DNA from: Geosiphon pyriformis uo1
Lineage: Eukaryota; Fungi; Glomeromycota
Assembly (NCBI GenBank): GCA_016748015.1
Contig: JAAOMT010000512.1
Location: 716,719-780,718 of the forward strand
DNA length: 64,000 bases
Direction of reading: 5' to 3'
In this document: in pieces, positions 10,849-24,849 of the stretch
Layout of the letters: each line of letters begins with the position of its first letter
How positions within the stretch are numbered: position 1 is the stretch's first letter
Notes under the pieces: generated by a model
Told to the model about the DNA's origin: nothing
Database searches by the model: none
The model's input: the letters and a program-made list of their open reading frames with translations, nothing else
Position numbers and translations under genes: made by a program

Positions 10849-11733
10849 TGTTACAGGTGATTATTTCTGCTGTTGAATTAAATAACAAACCTGTAACTTG
10901 GTGCTCAAAAGCTACTTCTGTTGAGGCTGTTCTGCAGGTGCTGTATCTGAAGGTTTTGATGGATCTGAAGGTTTTGGTTGAGTTCTTTGTATAATGGACA
11001 GAGATTCAATAGTGTCAATAGTAGAGATATTTTCCAAGAGTTTTCTTAATTTCTTTCTCAGCGTGGTGGCCAGATTTAGTCTGGCAGTTGTGTCCTTCTA
11101 GTAAGCTAGCCGATAATATATAAAAATCCTACCTGTATTTCTGGGTCTTTTACCAGGCTATCCTTGACGTCAATAACTCAGCACTTAATCGTTTATCAAT
11201 TAGTATATAACAACAAATCAAAATAAAATAAAGAAAAAAAAAATAAAAAGAAATAAAGAAAGCAAAGAAATAAGCCAAGGCAATTTGCAGATTAGTATCC
11301 CATCAATAGCCGTGATCAAGAGCTATTTTTTTAGCATGGTCAAGTATCAATTACTATCAACATGAAAGGTTGATAGTGGAGAAGTGGATGGAGATATAAA
11401 ATAATTATTTATTTGATGATTGTGTTTCTAGGCTAATGATTCTGTGGTATCGATTCTGTCTTTTCTGTTTCTAACACTACTACTATATATACATAATTGG
11501 GATTCCTCAATTCCTTAATTCTTTATGATAGAAATCCTAGAATTCTTGGAATCCTGCGATTCCTTTGAGAGGAATCCTGGAATTCTGGAATCCTGCAATT
11601 CCTCATTGGGAATCCTGAAATTCCTGGAATCCTGCAATTCCTGAGAGAAATCCTAAAATTTCACATTTACTATGCTTACTTCTGATTGCCTAATAATTAT
11701 GCTAATATATTTTCTATATTTCTATGAGTAACA
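10849..11733 (-). repeat. 5' LTR of element B
   Basis: 885 bp, TGTTAC...GTAACA, matches 1542-2426, adjacent to PBS. Confidence 0.97.
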
Positions 11734-11737
11734 CCAG

Positions 11738-12934
11738 ATGAAAGAACTTGGATTCATACAAGAAACCAAGAGTGAATAAGCTTTTTCAGTTGTAGTGGTA
11801 TTCAAGAAAAGTGGAACCCTATGCTTCTGTGTTGACTACTGCCAATTAAATGCCATTACTATAAAAAACATATACACATTCCCCAAAATTGATGCAATGT
11901 TGGACCAATTCAAAGATGCTGCTTTTTTTTCAACTATTGATCTAACTGCTGAATTCTGGCAAGTAGAGATGAATCCAGAAAGCTGGAAGAAAACCATCTT
12001 CATCACCAAGTATGGCACCTATGAATTCACAGTCATGCTTTTTGGTCTCACCAATGCCCCTCCCACCTTTCAATGCTTAATGAATAAAATATTTAAATCA
12101 GTAAAAGAAAACTTTGTTTTGGTCTATCTGGACAATATAATGGTGTACTCAAAAACTTGAGATGAATATCTTGTACATTTGCAAAAGGTTTTTGATCTTC
12201 TCAGAAATGCAGGTCTTAAGATCAACCCGATCAAATCTTTCTTTGAAAGACAATCCACCCAATTCTTTGGTCATCTTATCACAAAAGATAAAATCTTTCC
12301 TGACCCAGCTAAGGTTGAAAAAGTCCAGAACATTAGACAACCAATGAATGTTCATGAACTATGCTCTTTCCTTGGTTTGGCTTCCTATTATCGCAAATTT
12401 GTCAAGGATTTTTCTAAAATAGCTGCTTCACTTAATCAGCTATTCAGAAAAAATGTCAACTACCATTGGAGCACACACCAACAAAAAGCTTTTGAAACTC
12501 TAAAGAAAAAACTAGTCACTGAACCAATTCTGAAGCAACCTGATCTAGATTAATCTTTCATCCTCCACACTGATGCATTTAGCTATAGACTTGGAGCTGT
12601 TCTATCTCAGAAAGCTAAAAATGGCAAAGAACATGCCATAGCATATGCCAGTAGAACTCTTTTACCAGCAGAGCAGAATTACTCAGTAACTGAACAAGAA
12701 TGCCTGACAGTAGTATGGACTACTAGTTATTGAAACAAATATCTTCTTGGTGCCAAATTCTTGGTAGTAACAGATCACCAAGCTTTGGTTTGGCTGCGCA
12801 ACAAAAAGAAGCTAGAACACAAAAGATTAACTCACTAGATACTCCACTGGGACAAATTCGACTATGATATTCAACATCGCAAAGGAGCTAATTATCAAAA
12901 CACCAATGTTCTCTCCAGACTTACTACCAAGTGA
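11738..12934 (+). pseudogene. Element A reverse transcriptase-RNase H (decayed)
   Basis: LCFCVDY, FGLTNAPPTF, VYLDN (YLDD), [39 protein letters not shown]; ends NVLSRLTTK* at 12934. Confidence 0.92.
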
Positions 12935-12993
12935 CAGTACAACCACCTCAAACCAAACCAAACTAATTATTAGTAACTCTTTCACAAACAAAC

Positions 12994-14313
12994 ATGATAA
13001 TGGACTTGGACAATTACTCTGCCTTAATGGAATTTTTGAATAAAAGACAATATCCACTGGAATATAATTGACAGCAAAGAGAACATTTGCACAAACAATC
13101 AAAATTTTATTTGATTTACCAGAACCAGTTATACAAAAGAAATAGAAAAGATCCTGACCATCCCCAGAGAGTCATAAGATTTGAAGAAAAAGAAATTGTG
13201 ATCTACAATATGTACACTAATCCATTAGCTGGACACTTTGAAAAAACAAAAACAATTCAGAAAACTTTAGCTCGCTATTATTGGCCTACCTTGGGAAAAG
13301 ACATTGCTGAATACATTAAAATCTGTAATACCTGCCAAAGAAGAGGAAAATCCAATCACAAAGAAGATATCCATCCAATCTCTGTTGGTCAACTATTTGA
13401 CAAAATTGGTATAGATGTTGTTGGACTTTTAACAGTAACTCTTGATGGCAACAGATACATCATCACAGCTACCAATTATCTTACAAAGTGGATAGAAGCA
13501 AAAGTTACCCCAGATCAAACAGCAGTCTCAATAACTAATTTCATTTATGAAGATATTATTTGTTACTATGGCTGCCCCAAAGAACTATTATTTGATAGAG
13601 GAAGAGCTTTTTTTAGTACACTGGTTGAAGAACTTTATAGAAAAATGGGAATACATTACAAACTTTCTTCTTTTTATCACCCCTAAACAAATAGTCTAGT
13701 AAAACGTTTCAATAGAACACTGTGTAAAGCCCTAGCCAAAACAAGTGAAGAAACAAACTTATGGGACAAAGTACTGCCTTCAGCTTTGTTTGCTTATAAA
13801 ACTGTGAATCATGACATAACAAGTTATAAACTTTTTTATCTGCTTTATGGATAAATGACAACACTACCAATAAAAACTAATATTGAGACAATACCCTTTG
13901 AAGAGATTACAATAGGGAATTACAAAGACATTTTGCAAAGGAGACTTGGTACCATTCTTGACTCACTTGTAAAAGCACAAATAATTGCCTTTAAAAAGAT
14001 AAAACAGTTCCAAAAAAAGCTTAAAAAGAAGAAAACTTATAAAACACTTTCTTTAAATGTTGGTAACTTAGTTTTGAAATACCACTCAGACAGAGACAAT
14101 GTCTATGGTAATAAATTCTCTAACCAGTGGAAAGGTCTCTTTATAGTCAACAAAGTTTTGAACAATGGTTCTTATATTCTTCAAGATTAATCCAGAACAA
14201 TCTTTAATGATTGTTTTGTTCATGGCATGTGACTCAAAAAATATCACAAACGACTTGATTGGTTACCAGTTGTGGTAATACCAACCCAAATGATTAGCAA
14301 AAACCAAGTATAA
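12994..14313 (+). pseudogene. Element A integrase, separate ORF (decayed)
   Basis: ATG at 12994 in frame with ORF 13087-13686; GHF...CNTC, GIDVVG, LFDRG, WKGLFIV...GSYIL. Confidence 0.9.
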
Positions 14314-14354
14314 ATAAATGCACCATTTCCAAAACAGAGATATCTTCAATTGAC

Positions 14355-14920
14355 ATGAACAATTATTTTCTGGATCAAAACATTCAAAACATTTTCTATA
14401 ATCTCCATGAGTATTGAATCAAAAACTATCCAAATGCTACTCTGACTATTAGAAAACAGACCACAATAACTGACAACAGTAGAACTCATACTGTTATCAG
14501 ACCAAAAAAAACAACTACCAGAAAAAAAAAATTGGTAGCAAAATGAATAAGTATCTATTAGAAAACATAACAGCAGCAATACTTGTACCTTCCACCACAA
14601 TTGGAAAAATGATTAAAGAAATCTTGCCCATAGACAAAAATTTGTCATATAAAAAACAACTAAAGCTCTATAGTTGTCTTGGTAAAATCATAGAAGACAT
14701 GAAGCTTATAAAGAAAACAACTTCTGAGATACAAGTGGAAATTTTGGGCATTATGCAGTTGGATATCCCAAGAGTTTTGACTATTGCCAGAAGAGCCAAA
14801 ACTCTTATACAAAGTTTTGGTCTCTTGGATACAAAGCTCATTTCGCCTCAAGTACTATACACTTTATCCACAAAAGACTTTAACAAACTAGTTAATTTTA
14901 AGTTAGATAAAACCCTTTAA
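14355..14920 (+). pseudogene. Element A ORF3 (unknown function; one stop, one frameshift in poly-A)
   Basis: Between IN and PPT, the same position as ORF3 of B/C. C-terminal 125 aa open (14543-14920) with LYSCLG...IARRAKTL...ISPQVLYTLSTKDFNKL, a pattern weakly like B/C ORF3. Confidence 0.7.
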
Positions 14921-14979
14921 TTAGAATATCTCATAAATAGTTTGATTTTGCCAAAGCTTAATCTCTTTAGAGAGGATGA

Positions 14980-15630
14980 TATTATGGTTGAAACTCATAG
15001 TTTTTATTAGTTATTACATGTATTAGCCACTAATATCATATAATTAACCAACCTATTTTTAGATAGTAATCATTGACTTAATTATTGAGCTGGTTATTGA
15101 CCACTTTTCATAGCTATATAAGCAATGAGTCTCTTAGCTATAGAAAAGTATGTTCTCAACAATCAAAAAAATATAATAAAACAACTTTCATCTCAAATAT
15201 TCTCTTATTGCTAATTTCTTTTTCTCTACTTTTAAGTATCTGAACATCTTTTGGATAAAAGATCTCTTGTTGGTGTTTATCTGCCTTTTCCTAAAACAAT
15301 TAAACAAAGTATTTGAAGATTATTAAATAAAACATGACTGAAGAGCACATTTGATACTTGATATTGAATTTTAAGAGCACTGATGTGAGGCATAGAATTA
15401 TACCAAGTGTGATTATTTGTTGACAGTATGGACTATTTCTCTACCTTCAGATTCCCTGGTTACCTTTGAAAAGTATAACAACTGAGATATTTTATGAGAC
15501 TGATCTCGCACATTGAATCCATACTTATTCAATTCACTCTTTAAAGTTGAATTTTTCTTTGATTATTTCCATCACCCTACAATTCTGTTTTCCTTTGCTA
15601 TCTGTTAGCTTGTTACTCCAATCTGTAATA
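14980..15630 (+). repeat. 3' LTR of element A
   Basis: Follows the PPT; termini TATTATGG...CTGTAATA (consistent with decayed TGTTACGG...CCGTAACA); TATA-like TATATAA ~15115; LINE ORF2 sequence resumes right after. Confidence 0.75.
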
Positions 15631-18600
15631 GTATTAAAAGAAGCTATAGTACAATTTACCAATACAGTGTTTTTTAAATATTAATATAGTGTATATAATT
15701 GTTTAAAAAACAAACAATTATCAAAAATTTTCAAGTTAGAGCTGCTTATTGTAAAGATTATAAATAAATAAGGCTTTAGAAATCTATTAGGATTGATTGT
15801 CTTGCTAAAATTTGATTAATTATTAATAGTATTGAGATGTTTAAGATTGCTAGTATGATTTTTAATAATATGTGTTTAACAGATATTATTAAGTATTTGT
15901 TAAAAGTCAGAAAAAAGTATTAAAAATCCAAGTATTTTAAATTTAAAATGTCTAAGACTATGGCTATTTGGAATGCAATTAAATGATGTATAAAAAATTT
16001 TTACTCTAACAAAAAAAAAATAATAAAAAGTGTTTTAGAACAATCTTTTTGCAAAGTTGTTTTGAATCATTTGTAGTTAAAGATAAATTGGTTGTAAAGT
16101 CTAATGAAATAAAGCTTAAAGTTGATGAAACTATAGAAAAGTGGACAAAAAAACAGTCTATATCTTTAAGATTGTCTGAACTTTGATTTTATCAATATAT
16201 GTTTTTAAATTATGTTGATTATGATGCTTTTTCTGGTGTAATAAAAAAGATGATATGGAAAAGCTGGCTTTGGTGGTTGATGATTTACTAAGTGATAAGA
16301 CTACTAAATTGTCAGAAATTTTAAATAAGTTATAAAAAAATTGTGATAATAAAGTATTGAAATGTTTCTTAAGATTATTAAATTTGTATTAAATTTTGGA
16401 TATAGTTTTAGTTTCTTAAAAGAAAGCATGGTTTTCAATAATTCCCAAACTTTATGAATAAAATAACATTTTAATAAATACTTAACTTATTACATTAATT
16501 AAAACAGCTAAAAAAATTCTGTCAAAAATTTTCTTTGATCAGATATTTTCAACATGTAGCAAATTTAATGTGCTTTGCAGTAATAATTTTTTTTGGTATT
16601 AAAGAGTATTTCAACTCAGTTATCTATTTTTACTATTAATTTGGTTGTTAAAGATGTATTAAAAAAAATAAAAAACTTTAATTGGTTTTGCAAAATATGT
16701 ACAAGATTTATAATTTAGTAAGATAATATTATTTAAAGACTAATTTGTAATGTATTAAGATATACAGCCAGTTTATTGAGTTTTTTGTCAATATATATAA
16801 GAATTAAATCAATAAAGTGATAACTGATTTTGAATTCTAAAATAGTTATAGAATATATAATGAATTAGATCAAGATAAAATTTTCTTTCTTTTTTTCTAA
16901 AGAATTTTTTATAATCTACTTTTGTGTAAAGTTAAGAGACATAAACACTTGTGTGAATACCAAATTGATACAAGGTTTGTGGTCAGAATTGGCAGAATTG
17001 AGGTTATTAAAAAAATATTATTTTTTGTTGCTAATGTCTTTGTTAATAACATAATTTAGGTTGAAAATTGTCAAGTTTTTACTTAATATATTTTAAACAT
17101 TGCTAGTGAATTCTTTAATGTCAATAACATTTCAATTAATAATGAAAAAACAGTGGCTATTTTAATTAATCAGAGTATTAAGACTACTTTATTAATAATT
17201 AGTGGTTTGCCAATTTTAATTGCTAAATAAAATGAATTGCACAAATATCTAAAAAAATTTTTGTTAACTAAAGATCTCTTTAAACCTAGTTTGGTTTAAG
17301 CTCATACTAATGTCAGATTTTTTTCTAATGTGATATTAAGGAAAATAATTACAGATAAACAATTTTCTTATTTAGTTTTAGCTGTTTTATAGCTTATAGT
17401 TAGCTATTAGTCATAGTTTAGTTTTGTTTTGTTGAGTGTATATTATAGATAAGATATAATGATCAAAAGAAGTCTTAAAGCCAAGACCAGTTTGTCATGT
17501 AATTTTCTCAGTAAGACTTTATATCATCTATCTTTGTATAAGCTAAAACCTTTTAAGCAAGTGCAGTTTAAAAAAAAATGGCTTTTTTAATTGTTTTTTT
17601 TAATGTATTAAGCATTTTTGGACATTTGTTTAAAAATAAGTTCTTGAATTTACAGATTTTGAGATGGTTTTTTTTGAACTTTTTGCAGTTTCTTGTCAAG
17701 TTGTGTGTTAGTTTAATAAACAATTTTTTGGCTAAGATGATAAAAATTTTTTTGGACAATGATCTATTTTTGGAGAATAATTTGCCTAATACATTTTGTG
17801 ATTTTAGTAAATTTTTAATGTTGAATATTTTAAAAAAATTTCTGTATTATAGCTCTGTTCTTTTTTTGAAGCAGTTTGAAGTTGCTTTTAATAACAGACT
17901 TTTGAATAAAAAAAAAATATAATAAGTTGGAAAACTTTTCATTGATAGAAAAAATTGAATCTAAAAAATTTTGTGCCTTATTGATTTAAGTTAGTATTTG
18001 AATTTTTGGTTAATAAGAGTTCTTTAGTGGTTGATTTTGCTAATACTAATAGTTTACTTAGTTTGAATATTTTGAAATCTAAAGAGTTTTTTAATATGTA
18101 GAAAGACTTGTTTAAGATTTGATCTGATTCTATTGAAGTTTATATAAACAGTTCTTTAAAATGTGTTAGTTTTATTAAAGTTGTTAGTAAAGTAACTGCA
18201 TACTTTCTGGCCTTGAATATAAGTATTGATGTTAAGATACATGGTTTTTTATTCTTTACAATAACTGAGTTACAAACTATTACACTGTTTTTAAAATGTG
18301 TTCTGTCTTTTTATATAGTGGTTTTATATCTGGATAGCCAATTTGTTATTGATGTATGTATTTTTGAAGTTTTTTTACCATACTAAACTTCTATAATCAG
18401 TGCTAAATAGAAAAAAACCATATTGTTAATCTTATTAAGAACAAAAATCTTTCTATTACATAAGAAAAAATTAAAAGTTATTTAAGTATTCTGAACAATA
18501 TTTGAGCTGATATAATAATAAATAAGACTGTCTGCTTTTTTTTTCTCTGCTGATTGGAATTTGAAAATTTTTTTTGGTGACTAAAAATACAGCTGTGTTT

Positions 18601-19557
18601 AGCAATATTTGTTATTTTGTTCATAATTTACACAGATTTGTTTGTTGTGCTTAATAAAAAATTAGTTCTAAGTATAATGTAATTTTGAGTGTACTGATTA
18701 GAAAAGTGGATTGGCTGGTTACTACAAAGGTCTAGCATTTTGACTTCTATATGCTTTCTGAGTTTATTAATAAAAAGTCTGCAAATTTACACACATATTT
18801 AATAAAAACTATATATAAACAATTACCAGTAGCAGTTAAAAAAAAATTATATAATAAGATATATTATAATATGTTATGTTTGCTGTATAGTAAGGTAGAA
18901 TTATCTGACCTTGTTTTTATTTATGCTGAAAATGGCAGTATTTGGAAGAATATTTTGGTGGAAGTTTTTAAAAAATGAATTTTTTTGGTAAGTGTTTACT
19001 GCCTATTTTTTTCTACTGTTTTGCATATGTTTTCTTAGTGTTCATTAAATATGAATTTGTATATAACAATTTGCAAGAGATTTGTGTTAAAAAACTGATA
19101 TGTCAAAGCTGCCACAATTTTTAATAAGAAAATAAAAATGGCTTCTGCTTTTGTTGGATATGTAAAATATTTAGTAAAACTACATTAAACAAAGATATGA
19201 TTTGTAAAATCAAAACATAAAGTGAATATAAAAAAAGCTAGAATAATCAAAAATAGCAGTGTGTTTTAGATTTGTCTTATTGTATAATATCTATGTTATC
19301 AAATAAGATGATTTAGTTGCTTGATATAATAAAGTTTTTTGTAATTAGTTTTAGTAAATGTATATAATACTCTTTTTTTTTTGGTTTAGATAGAAATATG
19401 TATATTAGTATAAATATTTAATATTGTTTTGTTTGGTTTAAATGACTAGTTATATGTAGTAAAAGCATGAACTATATCTAGTTTGAGCCACTTAGTTTGG
19501 TTCTATATACTAAATAGCAATTAGACTTTATTCATTAAATGTTTAATAAAAAAAATA
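15631..19557 (+). mobile_element. Heavily decayed LINE, 3' part of ORF2 (probable target of element A)
   Basis: Collinear with LINE 39667-46575: VLQNMYKIYNLV (LQDMxKAYDSV), FVNN (FVDD), VYINSS (VYTDGS, RNase H); 3' end TTCATTAAATGTTTAATAAAAAAAA. Confidence 0.85.
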
Positions 19558-19829
19558 TATTTGTTTTAATAATAACTTTTTAAAATTATTAAATTTTAAT
19601 ATTTAATTAAATATAAATAATATTATTAAATAATTAAATAATATATTAATTGTTTTTATGTACTTTTTATATATAGTTAAATATAAATTTAGTTAAAACT
19701 AAATTATATTAATTTACAAAAAAAAACTATTTAAAAACATTTATTTTTGTATAATTATCCAATTATTATTACTAAAAACCAAATTAATTAATTATATTTG
19801 TATTAAATTTAATATTAAAAATTTATAAA

Positions 19830-22800
19830 AAAAATTTCTTTTTCTCTTTTATTCCAAATTTCCAAAAAAAAGTTTAAATTTTTGAATAAAGTTTTTTTGT
19901 TTTATTATTGCTTATCTCAATATTTTTCAAATATTAAATTTTTTGTTATTAAACTGGCTGCCACTATAAATGGTTTTGAAACTAGAAAAAAGTCAGCCAG
20001 AGTTATGACTTCAGACTTTGTTAATAAGAACTTGGCTTAAAAACAAAAGTTATTACTTGGTAATATTAAATATTCTGGTAATAAAGCAAATTTAAGTTTT
20101 AAAATTTTAAAACACATTGCTAACCAGTTTGCTAGAATAGATGTAAATGATAATGCAAATAGTAAAAGTGAAACCTAATTTAATTCAAAAATAAATACAC
20201 CTACAGTTAAATAGATCAACATTGGTTTTTTAATTGGCTTTTTGAACTATAATATAAATAACAATAATGAAGTTTCTTTTTTTTTCTGTTTTTATGTTTC
20301 TTTGAATAAAAAGTAAATTGATTCTAAAATTATAAAGAAACAGTTTAAGGTGGCTGTTAAAAAATTTTTGCATTGGATATTAATTTTTTAATCATAAAAG
20401 AAAAATTGGCAACAGCAAAAACTTAGTTAATTAGAAAAATATTTTTATTTATTAATGGTTTTGAGGGGCCATTACTCCCTCAAATTTTGAAAAAATCATC
20501 AGATCAAGATTTATATCAAAGAAAAACATAAAAAAGACTATATTATTGGCCAGAAAAAAAGACATTATAATAAACAATAATTTTAAAAAACAAAAAATTC
20601 ATTTAGATTAGACTGTAGTGATAAAAAAAATTCTCATAAATATGTCAAAGGAAATAATTATTACAGCTCTTTTCAAGTTTGGTTAAGTAATGTTAATTCA
20701 ATTACAATTGATCAGACTATAGCAGAAAACTGTAGTAGAGTTTGCCAAATTAAGTCAAATAGATTAATTGGCAGCAAAGTATTTGTTTTTAATTGGAAAA
20801 AATTCAGTGCATATAGCTAAGACTGTAAGGAACCACAAAACTTAGATGTTTAAAAATTGTTTTAAAGTGCTTTTGTTTATCTTGTTTGTAAGAATAACTG
20901 TTTATGATCTAAGCAATATGTCAAAGAGGACTGATAAGAAAACTTGTATTATTAATTACTTACTTAATATTGGCAACCAAGTTTGCTGTACTGTAATTGA
21001 TTTTGAGTTAGATAAAAAGCTGGAATCTGTTTTTTACACAGAGCCAATTTTTGGTGGTATAAAATTTTTATGGACTAGAATAAATTTTGTTTAATGTAAA
21101 AAATATGGCTGTTTTGAATATTTTGTTTTAGAATATAATACATCTGATGACTTAGCTTTTCTTTCTATAAAAGTATTGAAAAGTTTGTTTTAAATAAGAA
21201 TTATTTTCAGCTTGCCAAATTGTATGCCAAAAAAGATGTTCTTATTTTTTGTTCTGCTGTCTTTGATAACAAATCTTGGATTTAGGTGGTTTTATTTGCT
21301 GCTTTTACTGAAGACTTTTTTTTGGTTCTGGTTTTGGTTTTGGATTGTGTTTTTTAGAATCTTTGTATACTAACAAAGCTTTTTTGGTTCTTAATAATAA
21401 TTCATTGTTTGTTGCTTATTTGGTCTTTTTGAAATGCTTTTTGGAGCTGTTGACTAATCCGATGTCTAGCATTATACACAGATTTAACAATATAGATTTA
21501 GTGTCTTTGCCTTTACATTTTTTTTTCATAACTTAACAAATTCAATAAATTTTGGTTTGGTTTTAAATTCGGATATGGTATTGAATAGTTTGAATGTTCT
21601 ACTACTATTTTCTTCTTTGGTTATTGCTGAAACTTCAATCTTAAATCTAAGTAATTCAAAAATCTTGATCACTAAAGTGGGCAGTCTGAAATCAAAATTG
21701 GTGGCTCTTAAAACTTTTGTTGATTTAGTTCTGGTGAAATTAAATTAGTTGTATACTAGTTTAGGTTTTTTGGTATGTTTTTTGTTTTAATAAGTAATTT
21801 GGTTTAGAAAATTGCTACATATAATGCCTATAACATTAATGTTCTGGCTAAATAAAAGAATATTATATGTTGACATGTAAATTCAGGTAATAAGATTTCA
21901 ATTATTACAGAAACAAAATTAAGATTTAATATTAAGCTTTGAATAATAAACAAATTTAATAGAGTATGAATTTTCATGTCTGAATTGAATAAAAGTTTTC
22001 TTAGTACTGAAGTGGCCATTATTATAAACAATTTTTTAGTCTGACATGTTTCTAAAATAAAAGAGATTTCTGGTTAAATTGTTTTAGTAAAACTTTTGTT
22101 TAAGAAAAAGTTGTTAATTAAGATTTTAAAGTTGTATACTGGTACTTTTGCTGAAACTAAATTTGGTCAGACATTGAATGTTAATTCTTTTATTACCAAA
22201 GCAGTTAATTTTAGTACTTTTGTGGTGTTGAGTAGAGATTTTAATGAAAATAGTTCAAAAAAGAGTGCAAATTTTAGGTTTTATGTGAGCTTGAATTTAA
22301 CTAACTTATTTAATGGATATTTGTTAATCAAAGCTCTTACTTAAGACAATTTTAAAAGGATTAAAAAAATTATTGATTTTATTTTTGTGATCCAAAATCT
22401 GGTATTTAATCAACAATATATTAATTAATACAAATAAGACAGTTATCATTTCTATCAACCAAAAAGCCAAAGAGACTTTGCTATCTATTAGTAATTTAAA
22501 AATTTTAATAACCAAGAAAAGTAAGTCTTATAGATATTTAGAGATTTTTTGTCAACCAATAGTCTGTTCAAGTTAAGCTTAGCCAAAGCTTATTCAAATA
22601 TTAAATTCTTTTTAAATGTGATTTTAAGAAAAGCTATTATTAAGAAACAATTTTTGTATCTGGTATCTGTTGTTTTGCAGTCTATAATTAATTATAAATT
22701 ATAGTTTAGTTGTATTTCAAGGAGTGTTTGTAAGAAATAAAACAAAATACTAAGAAATAGATTAAAACTCAAGACTAATCTGCTTAAGAATTTTCCAGAT

Positions 22801-24843
22801 AAGACATTGTATCATCCTAAGTTATATGGTTTAAAAACTTTTAAACAAATATTGACTGAGAATTTGATAACTATTCTAGTTAATTTTGTTAATGCTTATA
22901 GAATTTTTAGCAGTTTATTTGAGCACAAAGCTATAAGTCTACAGACTGCTAGTTGGATGTTCTGACACTTTTTTTGAGTTTCAATTAAGTTGTCAATTGA
23001 TTCAATAAACTGTTTTCTAACAAATATAACATACATTTTTGTTTTGTGCAATCTGTTCTTGAGTAACAATCTGTCTAATGTTTTTCAAACTGAAAATGAT
23101 GTTGCAGTTTTAGATGTATTGGATTTGAATAGTTATTTAAATATGATGAGGTTTTTTAGGAGATATAGCATCATTTTTGTAAACCAGTTTCTGGATTATT
23201 ATAGCAAATGTTTTACATAGAACACTTTTTACAAGTAAAAGAAACTGGACTTCAGAAATCTGATTTTTGTTTGATTTAGCTTATTGGTCAAGTTTATTAA
23301 AGAAAGTAATTTGGTAAATAAGAAAATATTGGCTTTTTACTTCAGTTCTGCTAAGCATTCTTGTGATTTTGGTTATATTTGTGATTTTTTGCTGGTTTTT
23401 GGGCCAAGTTCTATAAAAGTTTACATAGATGATTCTGTCAAGAGTTTGGAATTGGTGGATGCTTATGGTAGTATCACTGCTTATTTTTTAGATATTAACA
23501 TAAGTATTAGAGTCAAGATAAATAGTTTGTTGCTCTTGACTTTAATGAAATTATAGGCCATTATTCTTGCTTTGGAGTGTATATTTGTTTTAACTCTGTT
23601 ATTTTGTTTATAGACAGTTAAGCTTTGCTAGATATATACAGTTTTGGCAATAATATATCTGGTCCTGATTTTCACAATAAGTGTTGAATCAAGAAAAAAC
23701 ATATTTATTAATTTATTTTAAGAAAAAATTTGTTAATTATATAAAAAAAAGTTAAAAATTATTCTGGTGTTATTGGAAATGAATATGTGAATTTTTATGC
23801 TAATACTGTAATTATTTCTAAGTCCATATTGCTTTTTAGAGTACTATGTTGTTTTCTTAGTATTAAAAATAGACTTATCTTTGAGAATGCTTATTATTTT
23901 GTTAAAAAATTGTTTAATATAATTAATTTTGTTGGGTAAAAATTTAGATGTATTAACAATATTATAAATATAAATATTGATGATAGTTTCAATATGTTTA
24001 GAACTTTTAGTGTTTGGCACTTTAATGACAAGATTCATTCTGGTTATACCAGTTTATTGTTGACAGTATTTTAGTTTTATTTTATAAAAACACTATATTA
24101 CTACTTATTAATAGCTAAAAAAAAATGATTATATAATTTAAAGTATTTAAGTATGACTTGTATCTAATATGGAAAGATAAAAAATTTTGATTACATATTC
24201 TTATGTATATATAATAATGGTGCCAGGAAAAAATTGTTGTCAAACACTATTTTGGAATAGAATAGATTGTTGGACATCTTTGTAAAAAAAATTGGTTGTT
24301 TGATTTCTGTATAAAACTAAGTTATCTGTTAATTTGTACATAATATTGGCTAAGAGCTTTGTATTAAAAAGTTAAATGGTTAACATAATATGCTATTTGG
24401 GTGCTAAATCTAATAGTGATACAATAGTTGTTAAATTAGTTTGTGGTTTTGCTAAGAGTTACAGATCTGCTATTTGGCTGCCAACAGTTAAGTTAAAATT
24501 TTTTTATAAGAAGCATAATCTTTTGCCATATAATAAATTTACTATTCCTTCAATGTTCAGTTTATTATTCTTGTGGCATCTTAAGATAATCCACAATTTT
24601 GGTATTAGATTGGATATACATATTTGCTTTGATTTAAATTTTTGTCTGTTTAGATTAGATTTTGGTTTTCTGAATAATGTTTCTTTAGTAGATAGTTTTA
24701 GTATATAGTGCTATCTTGATTGATTCAAGTAATTGGTTATGTATAAAAAAAACATAAGCCATATTTAATTTAGAATTTTGTTTGATTTTATGTTTTTAAG
24801 TAGTGATTAAACTGCATTTATTAAATAATAATAATAATAAAAA
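19830..24843 (+). mobile_element. Decayed LINE with ~1.8-kb internal deletion removing most of RT
   Basis: ORF1 relic, ORF1/ORF2 junction ~21790, endonuclease relic (ETKL, DFNEN), RNase H VYIDDS, (TAA)n/A tail at ~24825-24843. Confidence 0.82.
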
Positions 24844-24849
24844 GTTTAT

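Larger units (their letters stand above)
1542..11733 (-). mobile_element. Full-length Ty3/Gypsy LTR retrotransposon B (dUTPase-bearing), nested in element A
   Basis: Two 885-bp LTRs (TGTTAC...GTAACA), PBS, PPT, gag-PR-Cys-rich-dUTPase-RT-RH, IN, ORF3; 4-bp TSD CTGG/CCAG (inferred ancestral CCGG). Confidence 0.97.
1..15630 (+). mobile_element. Ty3/Gypsy LTR retrotransposon A (5' end outside window), interrupted at 1541/11734 by element B
   Basis: Order PR-RT-RH, IN, ORF3, polypurine tract AGAGAGGATGA (~14969-14979), LTR. The reading frame EFIKKEIN|R|MKELGFIQE is restored when B is removed. Confidence 0.92.
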
